Source: Octopus vulgaris
Taxonomy: Eukaryota
DNA: 64,000 bases
Assembly: GCA_951406725.2 (NCBI GenBank)
Contig: OX597823.1
Span: forward strand, 104,966,001-105,030,000
Reading direction: 5' to 3'
Shown piece after piece: positions 11,543-24,406 of this stretch (position 1 is the stretch's first letter; each line of letters begins with the position of its first letter). The position numbers and the translations under genes were made by a program. The notes beneath the pieces are model-generated. The model worked only from the letters and a program-made list of their open reading frames with translations, made no database searches and was not told where the DNA came from.

Positions 11543-12004
11543 GCAAACATTTTTAGTTCCAAACTGGTGCCAGAGTTCTGGTCTTAAAAAGTATTTGTAA
11601 GCCTTATTAACTCAGCGATATAAGACATAATTCTATAATGTTTTGGCACTTAGCAGCGTAAATGGAACAAGTTTATTGCACCATGACACTTTGATTTTGT
11701 ACTGCAGACATACAAGTTGCCTTCATATATCATTAAATTGGAGAATACCAATTTGTTTTAATTAGATTCCAGGAAAACCTGTAAGTAACAGTCAATAGCT
11801 ATCCAATTTCTATCCAATCCAATAATTTTGTGTCCTTTCTACAACTTCACTCAAAAGTTCATTCTTCTTGATAATGGAAGATATTTGGAAGTTGTACTTT
11901 TGCCCTCTTGAATCTAAGAGACAGGCAGCATTACAGACCCCGGGTAAATCAATGCACTGGACCCTATAATATTCATTTATTGGCAGCAAGTTGCATTGTA
12001 TATA

Positions 12005-12803
12005 TGAAGGTGAGTCAAAAAGTAATGCCATTTTGTTTAGGACAGGTATAATTACCAACACAGGAATATGTATCATACATCAAAATGAAGCTGGTCCTCT
12101 GTGGATCACATCCCTACTTCTCAACATAGTCTCCATTTCTCTCAATAGCAATGTTCCACCTTCGAATGAGAGCATGTATCCCTGCCCAGTAAAATTTTGT
12201 TGACTGTTCTTTGAGCCACTTCTTCACAACCTCCACACTCACCAGATTTAGTGCCTTCGGACTATCATCTCTTTGACTCCATGAAAGAGGTTTTTGAAAG
12301 GCAAACATTATTCTAATGATGATGAAGTGAAAACTGTAGTGAAGAAGTGGCTTGAAGAACAGTCAACAGAATTTTACGGGGCAGGGATACATGCTCTTTT
12401 TCGAAGGTGGAACATTGGTATTGAGAGAAATGGTGACTATGTTGAGAATTAGGGATATGATCCACAGAGGACCAGCTTCATTTTGATGTATGATACATGT
12501 TCCTGTGTTGGTAATTATACCTATTTCTTTACTACCCACAAGGGGCTAAACACAGAGAGGACAAACAAGGTCAGACAAACGGAATAAGCAGATTACATCG
12601 ACCCCAGTGCGTAACTGGTACTTAATTTATCGACCCTGAAAGGATGAAAGGCAAAGTCGACCTCGGCAGAATTTGAACTCAGAATGTAACGGCAGACAAA
12701 ATACGGCTACACATTTCGCCTGGCATGCTAACGTTTCTGCCAGCTCGCTGCCGTAATTAAACCTGTCCTAAACAAAATGGTATTACTTTTTTACTCACCC
12801 TCG
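12005..12803. mobile_element. Non-autonomous mariner derivative made of two inverted 3' ends, interrupted by a SINE
   Basis: TA-flanked termini TGAAGGTGAGTCAAAAAGTAATGCC and GGTATTACTTTTTTACTCACCCTCG. Mariner motif PHSPDLVPSDYHLF...KKWLEEQSTEFY...RRWN...NGDYVE from ~12233. Bases 12005-12229 are the reverse complement of the right arm. Confidence 0.9.
12523..12752 (-). mobile_element. tRNA-derived SINE (family A), full length, 12-bp TSD
   Basis: TSD GTAATTATACCT (12511-12522) and GTAATTAAACCT (12753-12764). Head GGCAGCGAGCTGGCAGAA...GAGTTCAAATTC with Pol III A/B-box-like motifs. Confidence 0.9.
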
Positions 12804-13159
12804 TAGATCAGAATTAAGCCCCTAGACCCATGTGGCCCATGGGCAACTGCCAAGTGAGTTAAAGTCTCAAAACAGCTCTGGGCCCACCCACTAAAGATCC
12901 AGGACTTTGTATTTCTTTACTGGTTGGAGGGCTAGTTTTCAGATGCAATATCTCTTTAGTCTGTCTCTTCTGTGACAATGGTCCCTGCTACCTATTATGT
13001 CTCATTCTCATAGACTCCAGAATAACCACTGTATTTGATGGCATAAATGATGCATGGGTATATTAAATGCACTCCAATTTCAGTAGCACATATTCAGTAA
13101 AGAAGTTTTTAGTACCTTGAAAATACATATCAAGCTAAGTAAAACCACTGTCTTCCTTG

Positions 13160-13450
13160 TATATAGACTGGCCCTGTAAGGTGCCAGTACCACATAAAAA
13201 GCACCTGTGCTGGTACTGCATAAATTCACCCATGCCAGTGTTGTGCAAGTGCACCCATGCTGGTGGCATGTAAAAAGCACCCAGCATACTCTGTTAAGTG
13301 GTTGGGGATAGGAAGGGTGTCCAGCCATAGAAATTATGCCACTACAGACAATTGGAGTCTGGACATCTCTCCAGCTGGCTAGCTCCATGTCAAACCTTTC
13401 AATCCATCATGGAAAACAGACATCAAATGATGATGATGATTATGATGATG
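13160..13450 (+). mobile_element. Degenerate RTE 3' UTR fragment with (GAT)n tail
   Basis: TAAAAAGCACC...GGAAGGG..TCCAGC...CATGGAAAACAGACATCAAATGATGATG. Confidence 0.7.
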
Positions 13451-13851
13451 AACATTATGTGATCCTTTTGAAACATTTGCTTTGGGGAAAAAAAGTGTCT
13501 TATAGATTATCAAAGACAGCAGTACTTTCCCCATTTTCCTTTCAAGAAATAAACATCAAATTTCAAGTGTTGAAGCTGAAGATGAACCACTTCATCTGAC
13601 AAAGTTTTGGAGGATCTGTAAAGATTATGGGTACTGTTTCTGTCTCCTGACCAACATCATAAAAGGTTGGGGGTATGGAGGGAAGGCATCTAATGAATTG
13701 AGTCTGTGATGCAATAGTTTATCTCAAAATCAACCTTGATCCAATAAACCCATGATTCTTGTTAAACCAGCTGTATCAAACCGAACTTTTTCTTTTTTCT
13801 TTCTATTGTCGGTATAATGTATGTAGGCACAGTGAAGGTGCATGGCTCAGT

Positions 13852-14140
13852 GGTTAGAGCATCGAGCTCACAATCAGGAAATAGCGAGTTCAATTCTTGG
13901 ATTGGACTGTGTATTATTTTATATTGCTCCAGTTTATTCAGCTGTAGAAATGAGTTACGATGTCACTGGTGCCAAGCCATATCGGCCCTTTTGCCTTTCC
14001 CTTGGATAACATCAGTGGTGTGGCTGGTATGCATGGGTGACTGTTGGTCTTCCATAAACAACATCACCCAGACTTGTGCTTTGGAGGAGAGCTTTCTAGG
14101 TGCAATCCCATAGTCATCCATGACCAAAGGGGGTCTTTAC
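13852..14140 (+). mobile_element. tRNA-derived SINE (family C)
   Basis: A-box TGGCTCAGTGGT and B-box GAGTTCAATTC; body shared with 20890-21445 and 10420-10735. Confidence 0.75.
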
Positions 14141-15442
14141 TCTTTACCTTTTTAATGTATGAAGAGGACTTTATAATCAATGTAACCTTCATACCTTTTT
14201 CTTTTAAGATGGAAAAGGGTGATTTTAAGGAAATTTGGTTGCAATTTCTAGCAGGCAGAGTGACTGAGTAGAGATTCCTATCAGGTTTGAGAAAACTAGT
14301 TGCTGGCAGTTATTTAATCCAGTTGTAATATATTCATTGTCTGACTTGCAAGACAATCAATAAATAGCTAGGTTTCATGATTTCAATTAATTAATAAAAA
14401 AGCGGATTCTTTATTTTTTTTCTTTTCTTTTGTTGTTGATTGAATATTTAGTCAGAAAACGAAAGGCTTTAGCTTTGACCTTTGCAAACTCTCCAAGGCA
14501 ACTGAAATTGTTTTGTGGAAATGTATTTGCGATAATTATAAAGTGGTGTATTAAATTGAGATTTAATTAGATAACTTTAGCACCACAACAGCCAGCATAA
14601 ATAACAATATTGCTTTTTGACTATTCACAAAGCTTTAGGTGGGAATGGACCCAATGTAGAGGCATTCATTGAGTATTGACCGACAGCACTATCTGGAGAT
14701 AAGAGAACAGTTGTAGACATGTGCTTCTATATATTTTTATATACACATGCACACACACACACACACATACACACACATTTATATATTTACAAATGCACAT
14801 ACATATACACTTACATTATACTTACATTTTTAACATTTATACAGGGTTTCCCAAAAGAATGTATACACACTTTAACAGCTGGTACCTCAATTTTTGTTTC
14901 TTTTTAGATTTAACCCTTTAGAAATAATGAAGGGAGCCATACTAAGCTTCCATCAGAGGAAATTTATTACTTTTAAATAAAATGGTTCAATTAACTGCCA
15001 CAATTGTACCTACTGGGGGTCCAGGGATCTGCATATTGAACTGAAATATTTTGAAAATAAAGGAAGGAAGTGATCAACCAGGGAAAGCAAAAGAAGAATA
15101 CTTAATAATAATTCTAAATCCAAAACTAAACCAAAAATAGCCAACATTGCTACTAAAAAGGAATTCATCATATATTATAAATATATATATACTTTATCGG
15201 GGTCACCCTGTGCACCCATAGGCAAAACTTAGAGGAGCAAAGGACTAATACAACCAGTCTAACATATATCATTAGGCTCTAGAATGGTACTGAGGAATCT
15301 TTTTTCCAAAAGTCAAAACTAAACAGTGTGTGTGTGTGTGTGTGTTTGTATTTACATATATTACATATATTGAAAGAGTTCAAGAAAACACATACACACA
15401 CACAAACACACACACACATATACACATACATACATACATATA

Positions 15443-15499
<57 letters not shown>

Positions 15500-15847
15500 A
15501 TACACACATAAGTGTATGTGTATATGCTTGTATATAGAGAAAAATTGACAAACTAGTTGTAATGTGGAAGTTATGTAATGAAATATCAATTTATGCACAC
15601 AGAAGCACATGCACACGCACACACACACACACGCACACACATACACACACACACACTCACACTCACACACACTCACTCCTACACACACTTAGACATTCAG
15701 GTATATACATACATTGGTAAGAGAAGGCACAAGCTTACACAGGCACAGTCTTGCATTTAGAAGGAAAGGAGTCATGAGAAGTTCTGATATGAATGCTTAT
15801 CTTTACTTTTACTGTAAGATTTTCTAACCACTTTCAGATACCCACCA

Positions 15848-16001
15848 TAATAATAATAATAATAATAATGATAATAATAATAATACCAACAACAATAATA
15901 ATAATAATAATCATAATAATAATAATAACAACAACAATAATAATAATAATAATCATAATAATAATAATAATAGTAATAATAATAATAATAACAACAACAA
16001 C

Positions 16002-16039
<38 letters not shown>

Positions 16040-16041
16040 TG

Positions 16042-16091
<50 letters not shown>

Positions 16092-16116
16092 TATAATAAT
16101 AATAATAATAACAATG

Positions 16117-16167
<51 letters not shown>
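15848..16167. repeat. (AAT)n microsatellite with AAC variants
   Basis: Read directly from the sequence. Confidence 0.95.
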
Positions 16168-16403
16168 TTTTATTTATTTATTTAGACTAAGCACGTGGCC
16201 ATTTTTTTTTTTATGAGTGTATCTAGGTATAGTGAAATGAATTTATACAAGAAGACTGCTGCTAATTTTATTGATCCCGAAAGGATGAAAGACAAAGTCA
16301 AACCTGGTTTCATTTTGATCTCAGAACATAGAAGCAAAAATCGAAATACCGAGGAATATTTAATCTGGTTTAGTGCTATATTAATAATAATAATAATAAT
16401 AAT

Positions 16404-16441
<38 letters not shown>

Positions 16442-16901
16442 GACCACAAATTTAGTGGTTGGATACAGGCAAGTAAATCAGCATTGTAAATGAGTTTGAG
16501 GAACTTGGAACTTGAGACTGAGGTTGGGAAAGTGTGGGAGATTAAACTTTATAAGTAGCTATTCTACCATAAGCTAAAAAGTAAGGGAACTCCACCCTCC
16601 CTTCTATAGCCAGCACTTGCCGTCACTGAATTAAACTGAGACTATTATTTGATTTGTATTTTATCAAATCTGGAAGGATGAAATGAAATGTTAAATCCAG
16701 CAGGATTTGAACTCAGAAAGTAAAGTAACTTAAATGAACACTGTAAAGCATTTGGTCAAATTCTCCTCACCCCTACCACTTGAATTTATATAGAGTACAT
16801 AATTCTTTTTTTTTTTTGTCATCTTCACTTCTCCTGAAAGAGTAAACAGTTCATTATTTACTGGTTGTTGTTTTAAACTCTTTAACTGATTATTTCTTTT
16901 C

Positions 16902-17054
16902 TGGCGTTAGGAAGGGCATCCAGTCGTAGAAACACTGCCAGATCTGACTGGGCCTGATGAAGCCTTCCAGCTTCACAGACCCCAGTTGAACCGTCCAACC
17001 CATGCTAGCATGGAGAACGGACGCTAAATGATGATGATGATGATGATGATGATG
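16902..17054 (+). mobile_element. RTE 3'-terminal fragment with (GAT)n tail
   Basis: ...CCGTCCAACCCATGCTAGCATGGAGAACGGACGCTAAATGATGATG. Confidence 0.9.
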
Positions 17055-17317
17055 GGTTCCTACAAACTGATTTCCGTTGCATTTCTTTAATAGTTTGGTT
17101 TGCAATTAATCTATCTTTAATAGTCTCTCTAATTTTAAAGAATTAGTGTTATGACACAGTTCATTAAAGAGAATATGGTTCATGTTGAGAAATGTGCCCA
17201 GATATTTAGACTAGTCATAAAACTCAATTACAAAACATATTGTGAAGTCTATTTTTCTGTCTTTTAACTTGTACTAGTATTTAGAAATATTTCCTCTAGA
17301 GATTGGTAAATTGTGCG

Positions 17318-17600
17318 ATCATCATCATCATCATCGTTTAATGTCCGTTTTCCATGTTAGCACGGGTTGGACGGTTCGACCGGGGTCTGGGAAGCCAGGA
17401 GGCTGCACCAGGCTCCAGTCTGATCTGGTAGTGTTTCTACAGCTGGATGCCCTTCCTAACGCCAACCACTCCATGAGTGTAGTGGGTGCTTTTTACATGC
17501 CACCGGCAAAAAAGCCAGGGGAGGCTGGCAGTGGCCACAATTGGTTGGGGCTTTTTACGTGCCACCGGCACAGAAGCCTAAATAATTTCTCCATTGATTG
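17318..17600 (-). mobile_element. RTE 3'-terminal fragment
   Basis: (CAT)n followed by the reverse complement of the conserved RTE 3' end. Confidence 0.9.
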
Positions 17601-17609
17601 ATCAGAACA

Positions 17610-19510
17610 TTCAGACTGCTTTCTGGCACAATGGTGAGAAAATGAACTTCTTGTAGAATGATAAATGCAGGAGATATACTGAGATCATGAGCTACCTGGA
17701 AGGTCTTGTATCTTTAAATGTGCAATAATTCTTTCACACTGTAAAGAAACCATTTTCTTTGAATATAGTGTTCTACTTGGAATTTCAAATAATCAGTTTT
17801 AAAACTTTTCCCACTGATTTATCGTTAAATCATTCTCTAATTAAATGTTCTGCTGACTTCCCTTCAAAGTAAACATCATTAATGTTTTTGCAATTAGTTT
17901 TATTGATGAGATCAATTACTGATAATTTAATGTCTTTCTGTAATTCATCTTTGATAAAGAAACTCAAGAAATGTTGGCATTCTAACGATTATTATTACAC
18001 AATGACACTGCACAGGTTCCAAATTAACATTCAGTAAATACTCTTGCACATTCTGATGGAAGGGTAGCATGTGTTTAATTCCCTGAATCATTAAAGCCTT
18101 ATAAGTTCTGGCATCACCAACTGTGTTGACTTCCAATTCACTTCGGAAATGAAGTAAAGAAGCAAAGTATCAAATTGTTATGAGACCACTGTAATAATTG
18201 TTTCTCAAGAAAGTCACCTTGTTTGTGCAAGTTTGGGTATTTTTGTGGCAAGTTGTCATGACAATTTCTGGAATAAATCTGTCCTCTCAAACTCTCTTTG
18301 TTTCTTATTACTGTGAAAAAAGTAAGATGTTAAATGCTTTAAAAGAAACTCCTACATATGGAGGTGATAGGCTGACAGCATAGCCAATATGAGGAGTGAA
18401 TGAATAACCAACATACTATGATAAAAACAGATGGCCACCACTTTGTAATAATTTTGGAACCCACTTTGCTGCCCATCATGGAAGAACACTTATTGCTTGT
18501 AAATACAATAATAATTGCTACAGGAATTATTTTTTCATGTAAGGTATATTGGTACTACTAGCGAACAGTGGTCCCGGTGCGTGCACTTGTGCATCCGTGC
18601 TAGCTAGTCGTAAGTAGTCGATCCTACAACGACTTGCGCATATGTTTGTATTTCAAGGCTGAATACATATCAAAGAAAATTAAATAAATTTTTCGATCAA
18701 AGTAAATAAAGCGCAAAGTAAATAATTTTTTAAACTAAGTAAATAAATTATTTTTATAAACAAACTAAGGTTAGGGTTAGGGTTAGGGTTAAAAAATTAG
18801 GTTTAGGGTTAAAAAGTTGTAGTAGGATTGACTACTCACAACTAGCTAGCGCGGATGCGCGAGTGGCGCACCGGGACCACTGTTTGCTAGTAGTACCGGT
18901 ATATTTAACAGCATTGTAAAGACAAAGAACTTTTCCATTTTCAACAACTACAGTGTCTAAGTGAGTGTCTAAGACATTCTGCAAATTCAAGTCAAAGTAT
19001 CTTACAACTAAAGCCAAAATTTGGGAAACTGAAGTGTCTGTACTTGCATCAATTATGATGGAAAATTTGTGTCTTATAGATATCTTCTATCACTATTTTT
19101 CCATGAAAGTCTTTTTTCATCTTGAATAATGAACAACCATTTTGTTCTTTTCATTGATAATTTTTAGCAATCCTATGTCAAGAAATGCTCTCTTATGTAT
19201 CATACCTTCAAAAGATGATAAACATTTGCAGGAGTGTTATGTTCAACAAAATGGCTAACAATAAACTGTTTGTTTTTGGTCGCCTGTTCACTCTCCATTG
19301 ATTTTTTTCTTCTATGAATTGAGAAATATCAACTCTAGTTTTACCCACCACAAAGTATTTCTTATGTTTGATTGAAATTTTGTCACAATAACAGGAATTT
19401 ATTTGCCTTTCTCAGAGTTGCCAACCCTTCTTCTTTGAATAATAGCATCTTCCATTCTCTTTTTTTCTTTTTTTTGTTAGTAGAAGTTTGCATTTCCCCA
19501 CTCATTATTA
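17610..19510 (-). mobile_element. Heavily degenerate hAT-superfamily transposase relic
   Basis: The minus strand near 18900-19075 reads HKFSIIIDASTDTSVSQILALVVRYFD, matching the hAT first catalytic-D motif FS..IDE.TD.S..Q.LA..VRY. An FVEHN motif lies near 19240. Many stops. Confidence 0.7.
18551..18897. mobile_element. MITE with ~85-bp TIRs, 8-bp TSD and internal (TTAGGG)n; Merlin-like signature
   Basis: Termini GGTACTACTAGC and GCTAGTAGTACC. TSD GGTATATT at 18543-18550 and 18898-18905. TTAGGG repeats at 18771-18810. Confidence 0.9.
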
Positions 19511-20141
19511 TATTATTCAAACATAATAAGGTTATGACAGCTGGAAAAAATAGGACCATTCATATACGAGTCACAGAGTAGCAAAAGCTTCTTAAGCACT
19601 AAAGACCTAATGTAGTACAATATATTTATATTGGTCAAAGCACCAAACTCCACAGTATACATCATCTAATATCATGCCTACAAGGCATAGAATAAGACCA
19701 ATGAAAACTAAAGAAGCACACAGGTGTAAACTTAGAGCCATGCAAAGAATTTTATGGCATGCCTCCATCATGAATGATGGAAGCATGGCGAGAGCTAGAC
19801 TGAGTAACGTACAAAATAACATTACTGTGAGACAGAAAAAGTTGTCTAGACATGATCCACACACTTTACAAAGAGACCTGTAGGAACCTCTTTTGAACAG
19901 AAGCCAGTGTGTGTGTGTGTGTGACAAGGGGTGGGCAAAGTGGGGGGAGGTAGATTTGTTAAGACTTGGTTGAGAATTGAGAAGTAGGACCTGGCAGGTA
20001 TGGGCCTGGCCGAGGGGCAAGCTCAGGATAAAATATGAAACCGTGTCCTGGATGGAGATACTCTCATTGTCTGATGTTCCATAGAAAGCTGGAGAAACCA
20101 ACGTAAAGATACACACACACACGCACATACACATACACATG

Positions 20142-20172
<31 letters not shown>

Positions 20173-20844
20173 ATGCACACACAAAGACACATTCAAGTGA
20201 ATCTGTAATATGGAAAATGGTGCTCTATGGAATTGATGTTTTAAGTACTTTTCATTATTTGGTTGTTTTAAAATGTGTCTGTTATACATTCTCACTTCAA
20301 AAAGAGTTGGTTATATGAACTAAATTCGCTTTAAATAAGCTATCCAAAAGGATACTGAAATATTGAAATTTTCAATTAATCATGACATTATTTTATTCAC
20401 TAATATTCACTTCTAAAAGATTGAGATAGAAAATAAGATAAGAGAGTGATGTCAAAACTGTTTGTTACATAGACCAATTCTTCCTTCCTTCTCTCTCTTT
20501 CTCTCGCTGTCTCTCCTTGTTTAAATCTAATTTTCACTTTCACTTTCTTAGATATCTAGTCTCTCCCCCTCTATCCCTTTCTCTCTCTCCCACCCCATCT
20601 GATCATATGAAGTAAGGAGGGCAGTAAGACTGAGAAGTCAATGTTTTATTTCCTTCTCACTTCTTATCTCATTCTCCTCCATCTCTTCTTTTACTTTCTC
20701 TATTTCTCACTTTCCCTCATCACACTCAGTCTCTCTTCTGTTTTACTCCGACTCCAGTGTTTAATCATATTAAAAAGCTAAGAGGGAAAATTAATATACA
20801 AGCATACATGATGTATAATCATACTGGTTTTATATCACGCACAC

Positions 20845-20888
<44 letters not shown>

Positions 20889-20889
20889 G

Positions 20890-21445
20890 AAAGCGCATGA
20901 CTCAGTGTTTAGAGTGTTGGGCTCGCAATCATGAGGTAGTGAGTTTGGTTCCCGGACTGGGCTCTGTGTTGTGCTCATGAATAAGAACATGCCACCTTGA
21001 CTAACGGTTGCATGTAAAAAGCAGCAACCAATTATGGCTGTTGCCAGCCTTGCCTGGCACCTATGCCGGTGGCATGTAAAAAGCACCCACTACACTCATG
21101 GAGTGGTTGGTGATAGGAAGGGCATCCAGCTGTAGAAACACTGCCAGATCAGACTGGAGCCTGGTGCAGCCTTCTGGCTTCCCAGATCCCCGGTCGAACT
21201 GTCCAACCCATGCTAGCATGGAAAACGGACATTTAAACGATGATGATGCTCCAGTTCACACAGTTGTAGTAATGAGTTGCAATGTCACTGGTGCCAAGCT
21301 GTATCGGCCTTTGCCTTTCCCTTGGATGACATCGGTGGCATATTAAGGGAAGGCTGGTATACATGGGCAACTGCCTTGACTTGTGTCTCAGAGGAGAGCT
21401 TTCTAGGTGCAGTCCCATGGTGATACATGATTGAAGGGGGTTCTT
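20890..21445 (+). mobile_element. Family C SINE interrupted by an RTE 3' fragment (~20991-21248)
   Basis: SINE head at 20890-20990, then RTE 3' UTR with (GAT)n, then the SINE body resumes with GCTCCAGTTCAC, collinear with 13926 onward. Confidence 0.8.
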
Positions 21446-21756
21446 TATATATATATGTATATAAATATACATATATAAAACACATATATAAGTTATTTTG
21501 AAGAATTTATTTGAAGTATATAAAATGCCAGAGTATAAACTATATTCAAGCTATAAACCCAGATGGTTGAGAAAATCCTCGACAAGAGTGGGGAGGGAGG
21601 CTGGGACCACCCTGCATTAGGAGTGCTAGTTGCTAAGGTCGATTGAATCTAGTCTAGAATTTGACTGGTGCTCATTTTGTTGTCCACAAAATTATGAAAG
21701 TCTTACTGGAATCAGCAACGGATTTGCAGATGATGAAGCAAGAAATCTTGCATACA

Positions 21757-22268
21757 ACTCCTCCTCCTCCTCCTCCTTCCCCCCTCGTCCTCCTCCACCA
21801 CCTCTTCCTCCTCCACCTCGTCCTCCTCCACCACCTCTTCCTCCTCGTCCTCCTCCTCCACCTCTTCCTCCTCCTTGTCCTCGTCCGCCTCCTCCTCATC
21901 CACCTCCTCCTCATCCACCTCCTCCTCCACCTCCTGCTCTTCTTCTTCTGCCTCCTCCACCCCTCCTCCTCTTCCTCCTCCACTTCCACCACTCCTCCTC
22001 TTCCTCCTCCACTTCCACCCCCTCCTCCTCGTCCTCCTCGTCCTCCTCGTCCTCGTCCTCCTCCACCTCTTCCAACTCCTCCTTCACCTCCTCCTCCACC
22101 CCCTCGGTCTCCTCATCGTCCTCGTCCTCGTCCTCCTCCACCTCTTCATCGTGCTCTTCCACCTCCTCCTCGTCGTCGTCCTCCTCCTCCACCTCCTCCT
22201 CGCCCCTCCTTCTCTTCCTCCTCCTCTTCCTCGTCATCGTTCTCCCCCCCTCCTCCTCCTCCTCCTCA
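21757..22268. repeat. Degenerate (CCT)n polypyrimidine tract abutting a short RTE 3' end (22266-22312, minus strand)
   Basis: Read directly from the sequence; about 510 bp, almost entirely C/T. Confidence 0.9.
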
Positions 22269-23174
22269 TCATCATTTAATGTCTGTTTTCCCTGGTGGTA
22301 TGGGTTGGACGGCCTCCACTCTCTGTTTTAACACTTACCTTTATTAAATATATGTTTCATGCAATTACATACTTAATAATAATAATAATAATAAAAATAG
22401 TCATTAAATATTCATATTCGAAGCATCATTGTTTTATGATGTTCATGTATTCAGCTGCAGAGGTCTCTGCTTGTACTTTCTGTTAACTTTACAACCAGAT
22501 CATCCGTGCTTGAGATTCGATGCCATTTCCAATGACATTGCGGTGTTCATGAGAAACGGTTTGAACCTGAGTGGAAACTATGTCACAGATTTGGGTTGTC
22601 AAGATCTGAACTATCTCAGAATGATACTCGCCATCACTTCCATAATAATTATTTATGACATAAGCACAAAGCTAGAAATGTATATAAGAATGGAGCAATC
22701 ATTTGTATATTCCTGGTACTTACTTTTATTGACCAGTTGGCACAGACGAAAGAGAAGCCAAATATGGCAAATTATATGACAATTTCAATCATTACACTAC
22801 AACAATAATGATTTTCTGGCTTTTCAAATTCATATAAGTATGTTTCTCTCAATAGTTTCATTTCAGCCTTTTAATTTATTCACCCTGAAATTATGTTTTC
22901 AAATTTGCTTTTCAATTTATGCTTATATTTCTTATAACATTTACAAAGCCATTTCATTTTTTAATGTATAATAGTGAATAAATGAATATATTTTCTACCA
23001 TAATTCCATTTATTTATAGAAGGTATTGTAGGAATATACCTCAATCCTAGTACTTGACTGGTACTTTATTTCATCGATTGACCCCAGTGGAGTTTCAAAA
23101 TAACTGTCTCACATAAGTGATGGGAGGGGGGAGGGGAAAGAGGCTTTTCTAAAATATAATTTCTTTTCGAGCAG

Positions 23175-23458
23175 GATCGTTACCAGCATTGCCTTACTGG
23201 CACCTGTGCTGTTGGCATGTGTAAAAGAATTCAAGCGAGGTCATTGCCAGTACCACCTGACTGGCCCCCATGCTGGTGGCATGTAAAAGCACCCACTACA
23301 CTCTCGGAGTGGTTGGCGTTAGGAAGAGCATCCAGCTGTAGAAACTCTGCCAGATCAAGACTGGAGCCTGGTGCAGCCATCTGGTTCGCCAGCCCACAGT
23401 CAAACCGTCCAACCCATGCTAGCATGGAAAGTGGACGTTAAATGATGATGATGATGAT
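23175..23458 (+). mobile_element. RTE 3' UTR fragment with (GAT)n tail
   Basis: Conserved RTE 3' end including CCATGCTAGCATGG. Confidence 0.9.
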
Positions 23459-24340
23459 TAAAATACATAATATTTCTCCAAATGTTACCCACTCCCTCAC
23501 TTGTAACTCCATGACAGCCATCATCATTAAAAACATTTTCCCCCCTTTTGTTATTATATTCCATATTCTGAAGCATTTTAAATATCTTGGTGCAGGTGTG
23601 CTTGTGTGGTGAGAACCTTCCCGACCACATGGTTCTGGGTTCAGTCCTGCTGTGTGATACCTAGCCCAAGTGTCTTCTACTATAGCCTTGGCTGACCAAA
23701 GCTTTGTGAGTGGATTTAGTAGACAGAAACTGAAAGAAGCTTGTCATATATACTGGGCCTTCCCTTAAATAATGTGGGTTTTTTATACTTCTTTTATTTT
23801 GAAAAATTCTTTTATTTTGCAAATGACTGAAACAAGTAAAAGAATAAAAGAGTAAAAGAAGAATGTAATCTAAATTTTTCCAGGTAAAAACAATTTTAAA
23901 TCCATATGTTCTAAATGTCTGCACCTGTCAACACATCATGTGTTTGGCACAGCATCTACCATTTAAATGGTTCTTTTCATTATTTATAACCATTTTATAA
24001 TATTCCACATTCTGAAACACTTGAACTTCACATTGGAAACTAAATGAAACAAACAAAAATTGTTACCTTTCATAATTAAAATGATTTTTTTTTTGTTTTT
24101 GTTTTATTTTCATTATATTTCTTTTATACCTTTGCCACACTGCAAAACCTTTTTTCTATATGTCGTAAAAATTAAATGATGAGAAAAACTAGACTTACCT
24201 TATTTACATTAACTGTTGACACAATTCTCATCAAATTGAATTTTACATACTATTTTTTTCATCTACAACAGAAGACAAAAACAAACAGAAATATGAGGTT
24301 CTACTTTAGACAAGTCGTTGCTGGGGCAATCTGTTGTTCT

Positions 24341-24372
<32 letters not shown>

Positions 24373-24375
24373 GAC

Positions 24376-24406
<31 letters not shown>

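Noticed and set aside
11170-11562. Possible minus-strand coding exon (MFASSSS... / AVLASVWYGSTKFYDYPIKADIY...)
   Set aside because: In-frame stops separate the pieces, the first part is low complexity, and I recognise no homology.
18771-18810. True telomere or chromosome fusion site
   Set aside because: There are only about five units in one orientation, enclosed by TIRs and a TSD.
21630-22347. Long Pro/Ser-rich ORFs (233 and 228 aa)
   Set aside because: They are translations of a (CCT)n low-complexity tract that is open in several frames on both strands.
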